Below are positions 10,132 through 19,007 of a DNA stretch of 50,786 nucleotides, piece by piece. Source of the stretch: a virus (lineage: Duplodnaviria > Caudoviricetes); IMG/VR virus record IMGVR_UViG_3300028610_001199, positions 1-50,786 of that record; one strand, given 5' to 3'. Below the pieces are notes generated by a model, which saw only the letters and a list, made by a program, of their open reading frames with translations, made no database searches and was not told where the DNA came from. Position 1 is the first letter of the stretch. Each line of letters begins with the position of its first letter. Position numbers and translations under genes: made by a program.

Positions 10132-11114
10132 TTTTTACTCCATATAAAATTACCATTCTTTTGTCTTTCTTCTATCTTGAAAAAGATCTTATTGGAAGGG
10201 TTCGTCCCATCTATTCTTAAATCTTCTCCCAATTGTTTACGATCTAACTGCAAATGGGCTGGGTCTACAACTCTATCTTGAAGGAAAGTAAAATCTCTTT
10301 CTGGCTTAAAATTAAACCATATCTTAATAGAATCACTATCCTCATCACCAATATATAGTTTGTTGTTTTTAGCAATTATATGGAACCCAGATCGTATTCT
10401 ATTAATATCATCAGGAGATTGAGATCCTATTGCGACAACTCTAGTTAAAGTAGCCGTATCAAATACTTGTATTCTACCACCTTCTAGGATATATAGATAA
10501 TGGTCATTGACAGCAACTCCACGAGGATTATTAAAAACACCATCAATAGAAGCAGTTTGTGGTACTAATCCTATTTGGTTTAATCCACTATCATACTTAA
10601 GGACTCTATCATTGCCAAGGTCTGCGATATATAGACTATCGTTTAAATTATCCCAGATTATTTGATCAGGTTGGGCCATTTGCCCGTCACCAGTACCAAG
10701 ACTACCACCAGTAGCTACTATAGTTAGATCAGACAATCTTATTTTTACTATCTGATTTGCAGATGAATCAGCGACATATAGGAATTCACCATCATTTGTT
10801 ATTCCTTTTGGCCTTAAAAAAGAAAAGTCAAATGAGTTTATAAAACGAAGATCTCTTTTTCTTAAAGCATAGATTAGCTTCGTCATACTGTCCGTAACGA
10901 ATAATACGTCTTTAACTATAGTTATAGAGTAGGGATCGATTATGCCAATCTCGGCATGACCTATTGTAGCCAATGTGCCAGAAGAGTCAATCTTGCTTAT
11001 AGTAGACGTCCCCCCATCGACAATATAGAAGAACCCATTCTCAACTTCATGGCCGCGAGTAAAAGTACCTAGCCCGATCTCTTTCATTGGTTGAAAGTTC
11101 TTTATGTTTCCCAT
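10128..11114 (-). CDS. NHL-repeat beta-propeller virion protein
   Basis: Repeats PKGITNDGEFLYVADS, PDQIIWD..SLYIADLGNDRV and FNNPRGVAVNDHYLYI. Confidence 0.85.
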   Translation of the reverse strand: MGNIKNFQPMKEIGLGTFTRGHEVENGFFYIVDGGTSTISKIDSSGTLATIGHAEIGIIDPYSITIVKDVLFVTDSMTKLIYALRKRDLRFINSFDFSFLRPKGITNDGEFLYVADSSANQIVKIRLSDLTIVATGGSLGTGDGQMAQPDQIIWDNLNDSLYIADLGNDRVLKYDSGLNQIGLVPQTASIDGVFNNPRGVAVNDHYLYILEGGRIQVFDTATLTRVVAIGSQSPDDINRIRSGFHIIAKNNKLYIGDEDSDSIKIWFNFKPERDFTFLQDRVVDPAHLQLDRKQLGEDLRIDGTNPSNKIFFKIEERQKNGNFIWSKK

Positions 11115-11115
11115 A

Positions 11116-13440
11116 TTATGCTATAGTCCTACTTACTTCTTGCCAATAAACACCCGAACTATCACTTTTCTTTACAACAACTAGTTGAGAGTTAGCAGCA
11201 GGAGTCACTAGGCTAACACTACCTGCAAGTCTTAAAGCACCACCGTGGGTTATTGTTGTCAAAGCATCTATAAAGGTTAATCTTTTTTCCCTTCCTAGCT
11301 CCCCACCATCAAAAGCAGATATTGTCGTAGGTGATGTTTGATCAAGTTCAAAGTCACTCTCACCTGTAAGATCAGGAGTTGTATCCCCATCTGTAATTAC
11401 TCGAGTAAGATTTTGGAATGCAGAAGTTTTCCAATTATTATTGCCATAATAAATCTTTTGACCTTGAAGCCTAACATCCCCATTAACAGTATTTGTAATC
11501 ATATTCCCATAGATGCCTATCTCTTCAAGATTAGCAGGAGTCCCGTTGTCTAGAATAGCTATACCAATACTAGCACCATCAATAGTGTTGCAACCTATAG
11601 TAATATTTTTAATACCAGTTAAGTTAGCAGAAAAACATCTAATACCATCACCACTAACGTTTTTAACCGTATTACCAACTATAGTGACATTCTCTGTTAA
11701 ATGGGCATTTGGTGGAACAGCAGCCGAAAGGCCAATAACATTAATTCCAAGGACTAATAAAGGTGTTGCCCTAGTATCTACTATGGTGTTTCCTGTCACA
11801 GCAACTTCACTAGCTCCTGATATAATAATACCAGAATCGTTACCAACCCCATCTGCGTTTGCATTTACAATAACATTCCCAGTAACAGCGCCGTGGTGGA
11901 GATCGACTATGTTAATACCACTTGCTTGTGGCCATTTAATATGGTTTCCTGTGATGGCAAGGTTAAATTGCTTACCAGAAACAACGTCAGCTTGAATCCC
12001 ATGGCCTTGAGTTACTTCTATTTTATTTCCTGTAACAGTTACTTGTTCACCTTCAACATTATCCCCACCATCAGCACGAGACGCAGACGCCACAATGCCA
12101 GCTTCGGTGCAATTAAATATCTCATTGTTAGATATAACCCCACCAATATATGCACCACCAATTGGAGTTCTACAGTTCTCAAGTTTATTGTTTGTAACCC
12201 TAACATTTTTAGAAGCTACTCCTGGTGCTGTTGAACCAAGGAATAAACCTGCCCCACCACCTGGGCCTATTACGTTATATGTGTTGCCAATATTAAACCC
12301 ATTTGACAGTCCATTTATAAGCCCTACACCTTGTAATGTTAATGATGTTGTCGCTACGACGTCCACAACCCCATAAGAGAAGTCTGTTATATTCTTAACA
12401 ACCATCCCCCTAGTAACTCCTAGTGCTACAAAGTCAGCAGCAGTATCATTTAATAACGTTCTACTCCCAGTAGAAGTAACTGTAGCAGTTCTAGATAGAG
12501 AAGTATTGCCTACGAATTTAGAATTTCTGATATTTATATTATCACTACCAGAATCAAAAAATGAACGTGGCGTAGATGAACCAAAGATTGCATTTGTATG
12601 GACCATCCCATCTATAACAGTATCATTGCTTCTTCTTGTAGATAAAGGCCAAACATCTAGTTGATTTGTATCCCAAGAAATGTCTATGAATTTTAGTCTA
12701 TTGCAATCATCTGTTCTTATTAATGGATTTTCTCCAGAAAAAGATGTTATCTGTTGAGTAGGAACAAAAAGTCCTTTAAACCCACCATTACCAACTCCTT
12801 GTATCGTTACATCATCCCTACCTACAATAGAAAGACCTGTCCATCCGTTTGTTCCCAACCCATAGACTCTTGTTAAAAGAACCCTTTGGTTAGCACCACA
12901 CGCTAAAATAGCTCTTGAAATTGCAACTGAGAAATCAGTATTTTCATTTACATACAAATCATACCATTCTGGGTGGATATCACAAGTAGAATCGTTGCCG
13001 AAAACGACAGCAGTTGAATGGGGGGATTGAAATATTGGCTGTATAGGGGCATACAGTTTCCCATTTATAGTAACAACGATTGTATTGTCTATGGCGAGTT
13101 TTGCCCCACCAGAGAACCACAAATTAATATTGCTGGGGATTGTCAAATTACTTGATATCTTGTAAGTACCAGGCGGTATAATTATATTATGACCATTTGG
13201 GATATTACTAATTATACTATCGAAAGCCGGTTTAGAGTCAGCAACACCAGTAGGGTCAGCACCAGTATCCAGAATATTCCTCGCCTCACTCTGCATCCTT
13301 TCGGCTATATCAACTACACCTAGTCCTGTGCGGCTGTCAAAAAATACTTTATTGGGTATCGTAGTCCCAGAAACAATTCCCCCTATTTGTTCCTTAGTCA
13401 TTACAGTCCCATTGCTGTTTAGTAAATTTTCTATACTCAT
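11116..13440 (-). CDS. Tail spike, right-handed parallel beta-helix (pectate-lyase-like) receptor-binding protein
   Basis: NILDTGADPTGVADSKPAF...IIIPPGTYKI N-terminal motif and many ITGN/VTGN rungs. Confidence 0.88.
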   Translation of the reverse strand: MSIENLLNSNGTVMTKEQIGGIVSGTTIPNKVFFDSRTGLGVVDIAERMQSEARNILDTGADPTGVADSKPAFDSIISNIPNGHNIIIPPGTYKISSNLTIPSNINLWFSGGAKLAIDNTIVVTINGKLYAPIQPIFQSPHSTAVVFGNDSTCDIHPEWYDLYVNENTDFSVAISRAILACGANQRVLLTRVYGLGTNGWTGLSIVGRDDVTIQGVGNGGFKGLFVPTQQITSFSGENPLIRTDDCNRLKFIDISWDTNQLDVWPLSTRRSNDTVIDGMVHTNAIFGSSTPRSFFDSGSDNINIRNSKFVGNTSLSRTATVTSTGSRTLLNDTAADFVALGVTRGMVVKNITDFSYGVVDVVATTSLTLQGVGLINGLSNGFNIGNTYNVIGPGGGAGLFLGSTAPGVASKNVRVTNNKLENCRTPIGGAYIGGVISNNEIFNCTEAGIVASASRADGGDNVEGEQVTVTGNKIEVTQGHGIQADVVSGKQFNLAITGNHIKWPQASGINIVDLHHGAVTGNVIVNANADGVGNDSGIIISGASEVAVTGNTIVDTRATPLLVLGINVIGLSAAVPPNAHLTENVTIVGNTVKNVSGDGIRCFSANLTGIKNITIGCNTIDGASIGIAILDNGTPANLEEIGIYGNMITNTVNGDVRLQGQKIYYGNNNWKTSAFQNLTRVITDGDTTPDLTGESDFELDQTSPTTISAFDGGELGREKRLTFIDALTTITHGGALRLAGSVSLVTPAANSQLVVVKKSDSSGVYWQEVSRTIA

Positions 13441-13760
13441 GTTGATGTAGTGCTTTCCTGTAATTTAATCACAGTATCTATAGTTGTTTTGCTAGCTTGT
13501 TTACCGTCAATAATGACCCTATCAACTCTTAACGTTTTATCTGGAAGGTCATATTCAACATCTGGGTTACCATCACCACTTGTATCTGTTGTTTGGAAAG
13601 TAATAGTTTGTTCTGATGAGCCAATAATTCTACGGTATTGCGTAATTTTTTGATTAAGATATTTTCTTAAGAGAGTTCTATGGACATTGTCTCTATCCGT
13701 CCCTGGCCTTCCTATCGCTACTTGAAGTTCATCTAAAAATTCACCTACGTTTATAGCCAT
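13437..13760 (-). CDS. Head-tail adaptor/ring protein, N-terminal-half-like
   Basis: VGEFLDELQVAI..LLRKYLNQ..EYDLPDKTLRVDRVIIDG pattern of adaptor N-terminal halves. Confidence 0.6.
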   Translation of the reverse strand: MAINVGEFLDELQVAIGRPGTDRDNVHRTLLRKYLNQKITQYRRIIGSSEQTITFQTTDTSGDGNPDVEYDLPDKTLRVDRVIIDGKQASKTTIDTVIKLQESTTST

Positions 13761-13763
13761 AAT

Positions 13764-14489
13764 TTAACCTTGTTGATTTGAAATTAATTCATCTTGTTTT
13801 CTAGGGAATTCGGAAGACGTCTGGTGGGTTTGATTCTCTACTTTAGCACCTTGTGTTAATGCTATTAATTGTTGTTGAATCTTCCTTTCAACTATACCTA
13901 TCCTCACAAGGTCTGTTTGGTCTGGGCGAAGTCTAAGAAGATCGACTTCAGCAAGCTTAACGACAATATCATGGAGAATAGGGTTAAGTTCGCAATTCTG
14001 AATTGCAGATATATCTTTAGCCTCTCCAACATAATAGAAACTAACTGTTTTAGGATATGAGCCTGGTTCAACCGCTAATATATATTTATTTGCAAAAATA
14101 CTACATATAGGATCTTCAGCAGTTCCTCGGGTAAATCTATTGGCTGTAAATCCTAAATTGCCTGTTTTTACTCTCTTAGGCCATTTTATAAGACCATCAT
14201 TGTCTATAATAGATGAGTTTATAAAACCATTTCTTAGAAACGTCCTTTTCGTCAACCCGCTTAATACAAAGCCTTGAGATGTTACTACAATATCTTCAAT
14301 CTCCTGTATCTCAGATAGAAGGTCAATATAATGTTGGAGTTCCGTACCATTGGCCATTAAAAAAGAGATAACTTCCCTTTGAGCTGTATTTAAAGCTTGA
14401 AATTTAAAGGCATCTGTCCAAACAAGGGAACCAGGATCATTCATCAAATTACCTAGATTACCTGCCATTTGAGCCGCTGTTAACCCCAT
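13764..14489 (-). CDS. Head-tail adaptor/ring protein (full length)
   Basis: WTDAFKFQALNTAQREV ... CELNPILHDIVVKLA motifs. Confidence 0.75.
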   Translation of the reverse strand: MGLTAAQMAGNLGNLMNDPGSLVWTDAFKFQALNTAQREVISFLMANGTELQHYIDLLSEIQEIEDIVVTSQGFVLSGLTKRTFLRNGFINSSIIDNDGLIKWPKRVKTGNLGFTANRFTRGTAEDPICSIFANKYILAVEPGSYPKTVSFYYVGEAKDISAIQNCELNPILHDIVVKLAEVDLLRLRPDQTDLVRIGIVERKIQQQLIALTQGAKVENQTHQTSSEFPRKQDELISNQQG

Positions 14490-14492
14490 CTA

Positions 14493-14759
14493 TTACTTAC
14501 CTTTCCCTTCCCAAGGCCAAGGATCGTTAGCATATATCCCAACCTTCTTATTTTCCCACCCAGGGGCAGTATAGGTAATTTCCCCATAGGAGTCCCTTAT
14601 TTGCCCTTTAACCATAACCTTGAATCCTGATTGGTTCTTAGCATCACGCAATAAACTCCCACACGTAGGACAGTTATGTTTTAATGTTGTAGAAATCCAT
14701 TGACACTCATCATTAACACAGAGTTTTCTCTTAGCTTTACTGAAATTCGTTATAGCCAT
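14493..14759 (-). CDS. Small Zn-ribbon protein
   Basis: CVNDEC...CPTCG. Confidence 0.6.
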   Translation of the reverse strand: MAITNFSKAKRKLCVNDECQWISTTLKHNCPTCGSLLRDAKNQSGFKVMVKGQIRDSYGEITYTAPGWENKKVGIYANDPWPWEGKGK

Positions 14760-15235
14760 TAAGCAGCTCCTAGATCTTCAAAAGCAAAAGCACCAGCACC
14801 ACTACCATCAATTGTCATTCTCCACCTATGGGGGGTTCCTTCTTCATCAGTCATAATAAGTCCTAAAGACGCTGATAAGATCTCTTCAAACAATACTCTA
14901 GTCTCTTGAGCATTATTAACAAATAGTTTTTGAGCAAGGAAGCCAGACGTTCTATCGACGACATCAATGAAACCTTGTGTTCCATCATATCCAATACTAG
15001 CCCCACCACCACTCGAAGGGGTGGCAGACGTTCCACGGAACCTAACAGCTTCAGTAAAATCAAAATGTTTATTCTGGTTATTAGTAATACTCATAGTCCC
15101 ATTAGTACTATCATCCAGGTCTATAGTTATAGTATTAGTCCCGTCCGAGAATCTAATCTGACTAGTAGCTGGACCTTGAACTTCAACCCCATTCGGAAGG
15201 AAAGTATTAGCTCCTATTGAATTATATAAACCCAT
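14759..15235 (-). CDS. Short virion fibre protein (head fibre/whisker-like)
   Basis: beta-rich; C-terminal GLIMTDEEGTPHRWRMTIDGSG fibre-type motif. Confidence 0.6.
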   Translation of the reverse strand: MGLYNSIGANTFLPNGVEVQGPATSQIRFSDGTNTITIDLDDSTNGTMSITNNQNKHFDFTEAVRFRGTSATPSSGGGASIGYDGTQGFIDVVDRTSGFLAQKLFVNNAQETRVLFEEILSASLGLIMTDEEGTPHRWRMTIDGSGAGAFAFEDLGAA

Positions 15236-15583
15236 TTATGCCTCCACTATTCTTACTTTAATTGGACCTGCGTCTTGTATCACATGGAAAAAGACTGTAT
15301 TTCGGTCTTTGCCAGATTTAATGAATAATTTATGTGGGACTCTTATACTAGATAAACCACCAGGATATTTCTGATCATCAGTATCTATTACCGTAGAATT
15401 AGAAGTACTAAATCCAAAGAAGAAACTCCCATCAGCAGAAATAGACAATTCAGCAACATTATCTGAAGTTATTGTATGGTTCTGTGTGGTGCCTGATGTT
15501 GTAATTGGTGTTTTCTTATCCCAACCTACTATTTTAGCAAACCGGACAATAGCCCCTTTGCCTGCTTGTCTACTATCTGCCAT
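15236..15583 (-). CDS. Putative virion structural protein
   Basis: 115-aa beta-rich ORF in the head module with AAGGA SD. Confidence 0.6.
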   Translation of the reverse strand: MADSRQAGKGAIVRFAKIVGWDKKTPITTSGTTQNHTITSDNVAELSISADGSFFFGFSTSNSTVIDTDDQKYPGGLSSIRVPHKLFIKSGKDRNTVFFHVIQDAGPIKVRIVEA

Positions 15584-15601
15584 TACTTTTCTTCCTTTTT
15601 A

Positions 15602-15775
15602 TTATTTCTTTTTCATCATACCTGGACTAGTTCTAGCAGTACCTGAATTAAATGAACCAGTGCCAGTTTTATACATTGTTCCCATAGGCTTCTTGATTTG
15701 AGCACCAGAGCTTCTAATTATACCAGGGGTTTTGCTCATATCCCCCATACCTGGCTTCATGATTTTTGCTGACAT
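15602..15775 (-). CDS. 57-aa basic Met/Gly/Lys-rich peptide (MSAKIMKPGMGDMSK...PGMMKKK)
   Basis: AAGGAG SD; fills a gap in the head module; below the ORF-track cutoff. Confidence 0.6.
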   Translation of the reverse strand: MSAKIMKPGMGDMSKTPGIIRSSGAQIKKPMGTMYKTGTGSFNSGTARTSPGMMKKK

Positions 15776-15776
15776 A

Positions 15777-15908
15777 TTATGATCTCCTTACTCTAGCTGA
15801 AGTTCGTTTTGTTTTTTTCTTTTTAGTTGAGCCTTTAACAACACTTGAATCCTTAGGAAATTTAACGCCTTTTCCTTGATTGCCCTTATTAAGAGACTTA
15901 TGTGGCAT
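15777..15908 (-). CDS. 43-aa highly basic peptide (MPHKSLNKG...KKKKTKRTSARVRRS)
   Basis: AAGGA SD; in frame to TAA at 15777. Confidence 0.55.
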   Translation of the reverse strand: MPHKSLNKGNQGKGVKFPKDSSVVKGSTKKKKTKRTSARVRRS

Positions 15909-15924
15909 TTTTATGTCCTTTATT

Positions 15925-15946
15925 AAAAAAGGGGGCCGTAACCCCC
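15925..15946 (-). terminator. Rho-independent terminator after the capsid/decoration genes
   Basis: GGGGG-TTACGG-CCCCC-TTTTTT on the minus strand. Confidence 0.85.
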
Positions 15947-15953
15947 AATAGCT

Positions 15954-16253
15954 TTATGATGTTACACTAAAATCACGAAAGATGATTTCTGCGTCAATCG
16001 CCATCCCAGATACAGCAGTCGTAGTACGAGTTACTGTAATTGTTCCAGAAGTAATTGACTTGTCTGAATGGAGCCCAATATCAGCTCCTAGTGCCTGGAA
16101 GTTAACGTATTGTACGATATCAACATTTGCTGGCAAAGTAATAGTTAACGTTGCTGCTGTTGTAACGAAAGCCTTGGTAGTGCGAAATGATTTTAAACCA
16201 TTATTCGCCGTTCCCGTCATCGCCCCAGCATTTTCTACAAATTGATTAGCCAT
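15954..16253 (-). CDS. Capsid decoration/cement protein
   Basis: 99 aa, T/A/V-rich beta protein directly after the MCP and before the terminator. Confidence 0.6.
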   Translation of the reverse strand: MANQFVENAGAMTGTANNGLKSFRTTKAFVTTAATLTITLPANVDIVQYVNFQALGADIGLHSDKSITSGTITVTRTTTAVSGMAIDAEIIFRDFSVTS

Positions 16254-16267
16254 TATTTAATCCTTAA

Positions 16268-17590
16268 TTAAGCTGTGATTCCAAAGAGGTATCCATGGGC
16301 GTCATCATTGACGATGTGGGTAGATTTAGAAGCAAACAACTCATCTGTTCTACCGTGGACGTTATTGTTCTGAACACCAACTTTTAATTGTGGTGGGATA
16401 TATTCTAGCTGCCAGATATAATCAAGATCAACCATTAATACGTCAAGAGCAAAGTCCCCTTGACCAGTTGTTGACATATCTGTAAAGATTGGATGGCGAT
16501 GGAGTAGAGCAAGACCGTGGCCTAGTTCCAACTCAAATACGTTCCAACCATACCTTTCACTTGCTGCATCGTTAATAACCAAGTTAGTCTCTAAATCATC
16601 GTTTAGTTTAGTGAAGAATTTACCCCCACAGAACCAATCTTTAACTCGACGTTGGTTACCAACACGATACAACACTTCTGTATTCTCACGAAGTTTAGGG
16701 AACGAGAAAGCTCCAGCATTATCAAACAAGCGAGTCTCACCATCATGGGAAGTAGCAGCAGTAGAAATACGTTCTACAATACCACCTTCAAAGTACTGGA
16801 CTTTATTACCTTCGACGATGAACTTAGACTGGCGGCCCATAATAGAAGAATATTCTCTCTCACGAAAGAACTGCTCACGTTTCATGTTAGCCTTATCGCC
16901 CATAGACAACTTAGCATAAGAATCAAGGAAACGCTCCTGAGTAGATTCAGCCCAAGTCATTGAACGGAACTGGCAGAAGTTAGAAACCTGACCTTTTTCA
17001 AACGAGATCGGCTCTGGACTCACACCATTATCTGGAATAGTGTTACCAACTTTGTTAAGAACCATTGAAGTTGTTAATGGTTCAACACCAGAAGCAGCAG
17101 TATTTTTACCGTTACCCCGACGTACAACTATTTTAGCATTACTACCACCTAGCGCACCTAGCTCTACAGAAACAATTAACATCGTTTCAAGGGCAGGTTG
17201 TGCAAATTTAGTAGTAGAGAAAGTCGTACCAGCGTTGTTTGCCCAAATATCTTGAGACTGGAGACTATCGTTAGCTTGAAGGAATGTTGCTAGCCCATCT
17301 GCCAAACCAAAAGTATCTTCATCGAAATTTGTAGTAGATGAAACAACTGTAATTGGAAAGCGAATTGGACTTTCTTGTAGCGTATTTAATTTTGGTTCTG
17401 GATCTGTAACTCGGATCTTACGCTGGTTAGCAGTAAGGATAACATCTAATGGGGCTAAAGAACGCGCTTCAAGGATGATGAGGTCAGATTGGTCAAACTT
17501 ACGACTTTCTGTAAGCTGTCCTGCAATCCCCAATGGGCCTTGAGTCGTATACCTCTGGGCACCTGGGGTCGTGGATGGATTATGTGGCAT
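16268..17590 (-). CDS. Major capsid protein (HK97 fold, SU10/DUF5309-like)
   Basis: 440 aa after the scaffold; SNFCQ..., EREYSSIMG...GGI and VDLDYI motifs. Confidence 0.85.
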   Translation of the reverse strand: MPHNPSTTPGAQRYTTQGPLGIAGQLTESRKFDQSDLIILEARSLAPLDVILTANQRKIRVTDPEPKLNTLQESPIRFPITVVSSTTNFDEDTFGLADGLATFLQANDSLQSQDIWANNAGTTFSTTKFAQPALETMLIVSVELGALGGSNAKIVVRRGNGKNTAASGVEPLTTSMVLNKVGNTIPDNGVSPEPISFEKGQVSNFCQFRSMTWAESTQERFLDSYAKLSMGDKANMKREQFFREREYSSIMGRQSKFIVEGNKVQYFEGGIVERISTAATSHDGETRLFDNAGAFSFPKLRENTEVLYRVGNQRRVKDWFCGGKFFTKLNDDLETNLVINDAASERYGWNVFELELGHGLALLHRHPIFTDMSTTGQGDFALDVLMVDLDYIWQLEYIPPQLKVGVQNNNVHGRTDELFASKSTHIVNDDAHGYLFGITA

Positions 17591-17600
17591 TTTTTAAAAC

Positions 17601-18731
17601 CTATTTATTGTAGGCTATATGGTTCCCCCCAGAAGGGAATGCTATATTATGACCTGAGCCGAACTGGTTGCCGTAGTACCCACGTAGATTATCTAATTGA
17701 GTTTGGGGTCTAGTACCAGTTGCCGCACCGGTCGTAGTTGCTACCGATTGGGGTTGATCTGCTTTAGAAGCTAAGTTGTTAGCTCCACCAACATTACCAT
17801 TATTCATAGCCTGTGGTTGTTGAACCTGTGGTTGGGGAATATTACTTGGTTGCGTTTGCTGGTACATTTGATGCATAATTGTACTAGCATTGTTAGCTGT
17901 TAAATAAGACCCCATGTCTGTTTGGATTTTATTATAGTTAGTTCTGCCAAATGCGTCCTTCAGACCTAGATGGGGATTGTCCGTTGCGAACTTATCCATC
18001 TTACCGTAGAGATCATTCTGAGTTCTAGCTGCTTCATTCTTTTTATTTTCTTCTTGGATAACTTTTCTAGTATTAAAGTTATTAGTTGCCGTAGTCCAAT
18101 CATTGTAAGCATTAAAGGAACTAGTACCAGGGGTTCTACTCTCTTCAGCATCATAATCAATGTTTTTTGTGTAATCATTAAAGTCTGGCGCTTTTTGTTC
18201 TACAATTTGTTGTTGAACTTGAGCTTGTGGTTGTGGTTGTTGAACCATAGCCTGTTGATACATTGTTGCCATCTGAGTGTTTTGCTGTTCCATAAATTGC
18301 AATTTAGCTTGGGTTTCTTTATGGTTATTAACTTCCTTGTCATAACTACCCTGCCAAGTTCTTTGCTCTTCCTGGGGTTGTACACCTTGCTCTACTATAG
18401 GTTGTTGCGGTTGATCTACAGCCTGAGTTTGATTGAAATTCTGCTGGTCAACCTGCATAGTGCCTTGTTCGAATTCTGGAGTACCACCATCGTAATTATT
18501 AGGCAAAACTTGATAGCTCTGCTGTGGTAGGGGTTGTGGCGCTTGTTCTTGTTGTTGTGGGATCGTGACCCCTTCTTGTTGATTAGGTTGCGGAGCTGTT
18601 TGTTGTTCGCTACCTAATGCTTGCTCACCTTGTGCCATAGCGTTTGCAAATGTACCCTGACTTCCACCTGCTGCAACACGTTCTTGCCCAAAGGCTTGTG
18701 TGTTGCTTTGCTCGTTCTTTGCATCTCCCAT
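17601..18731 (-). CDS. Capsid scaffolding protein
   Basis: Q-rich disordered N-terminus, WQGSYDK coiled coil, position between portal and MCP. Confidence 0.75.
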   Translation of the reverse strand: MGDAKNEQSNTQAFGQERVAAGGSQGTFANAMAQGEQALGSEQQTAPQPNQQEGVTIPQQQEQAPQPLPQQSYQVLPNNYDGGTPEFEQGTMQVDQQNFNQTQAVDQPQQPIVEQGVQPQEEQRTWQGSYDKEVNNHKETQAKLQFMEQQNTQMATMYQQAMVQQPQPQAQVQQQIVEQKAPDFNDYTKNIDYDAEESRTPGTSSFNAYNDWTTATNNFNTRKVIQEENKKNEAARTQNDLYGKMDKFATDNPHLGLKDAFGRTNYNKIQTDMGSYLTANNASTIMHQMYQQTQPSNIPQPQVQQPQAMNNGNVGGANNLASKADQPQSVATTTGAATGTRPQTQLDNLRGYYGNQFGSGHNIAFPSGGNHIAYNK

Positions 18732-18794
18732 AGGATCGTAACCCTACCTTTCTAATTCTTTGACTATTTATGCAAGATCTTGACCTTGCGGTAA

Positions 18795-19007
18795 TTATTT
18801 ATTTTTATTATTATCTATTAAAATATCTAACTTTGTTTCTACTATTGCCATTTGTTTTGTTAATCCTACAATAGAAATAGCCATCCATCCCAATAATGCG
18901 GAGACAGCTAATAATGTTAAAGCGTCACGAATCCATTTCAGTATCACTTCTATGTCACTCCTTTGACTGAGAGTCTGAGTCTGATTTTGCTTTTCGTTTT
19001 GCGGCAT
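18795..19007 (-). CDS. Small membrane protein (one TM helix + coiled coil; holin/XhlA-like candidate)
   Basis: ALTLLAVSALLGWMAISIVGL then TKQMAIVETKLD; true start may be the GTG near 18947. Confidence 0.5.
   Translation of the reverse strand: MPQNEKQNQTQTLSQRSDIEVILKWIRDALTLLAVSALLGWMAISIVGLTKQMAIVETKLDILIDNNKNK

Noticed and set aside
7245-15235. Diversity-generating retroelement or invertible tail-fibre cassette
   Set aside because: No reverse transcriptase or recombinase, and no near-identical TR/VR or inverted repeat pair seen
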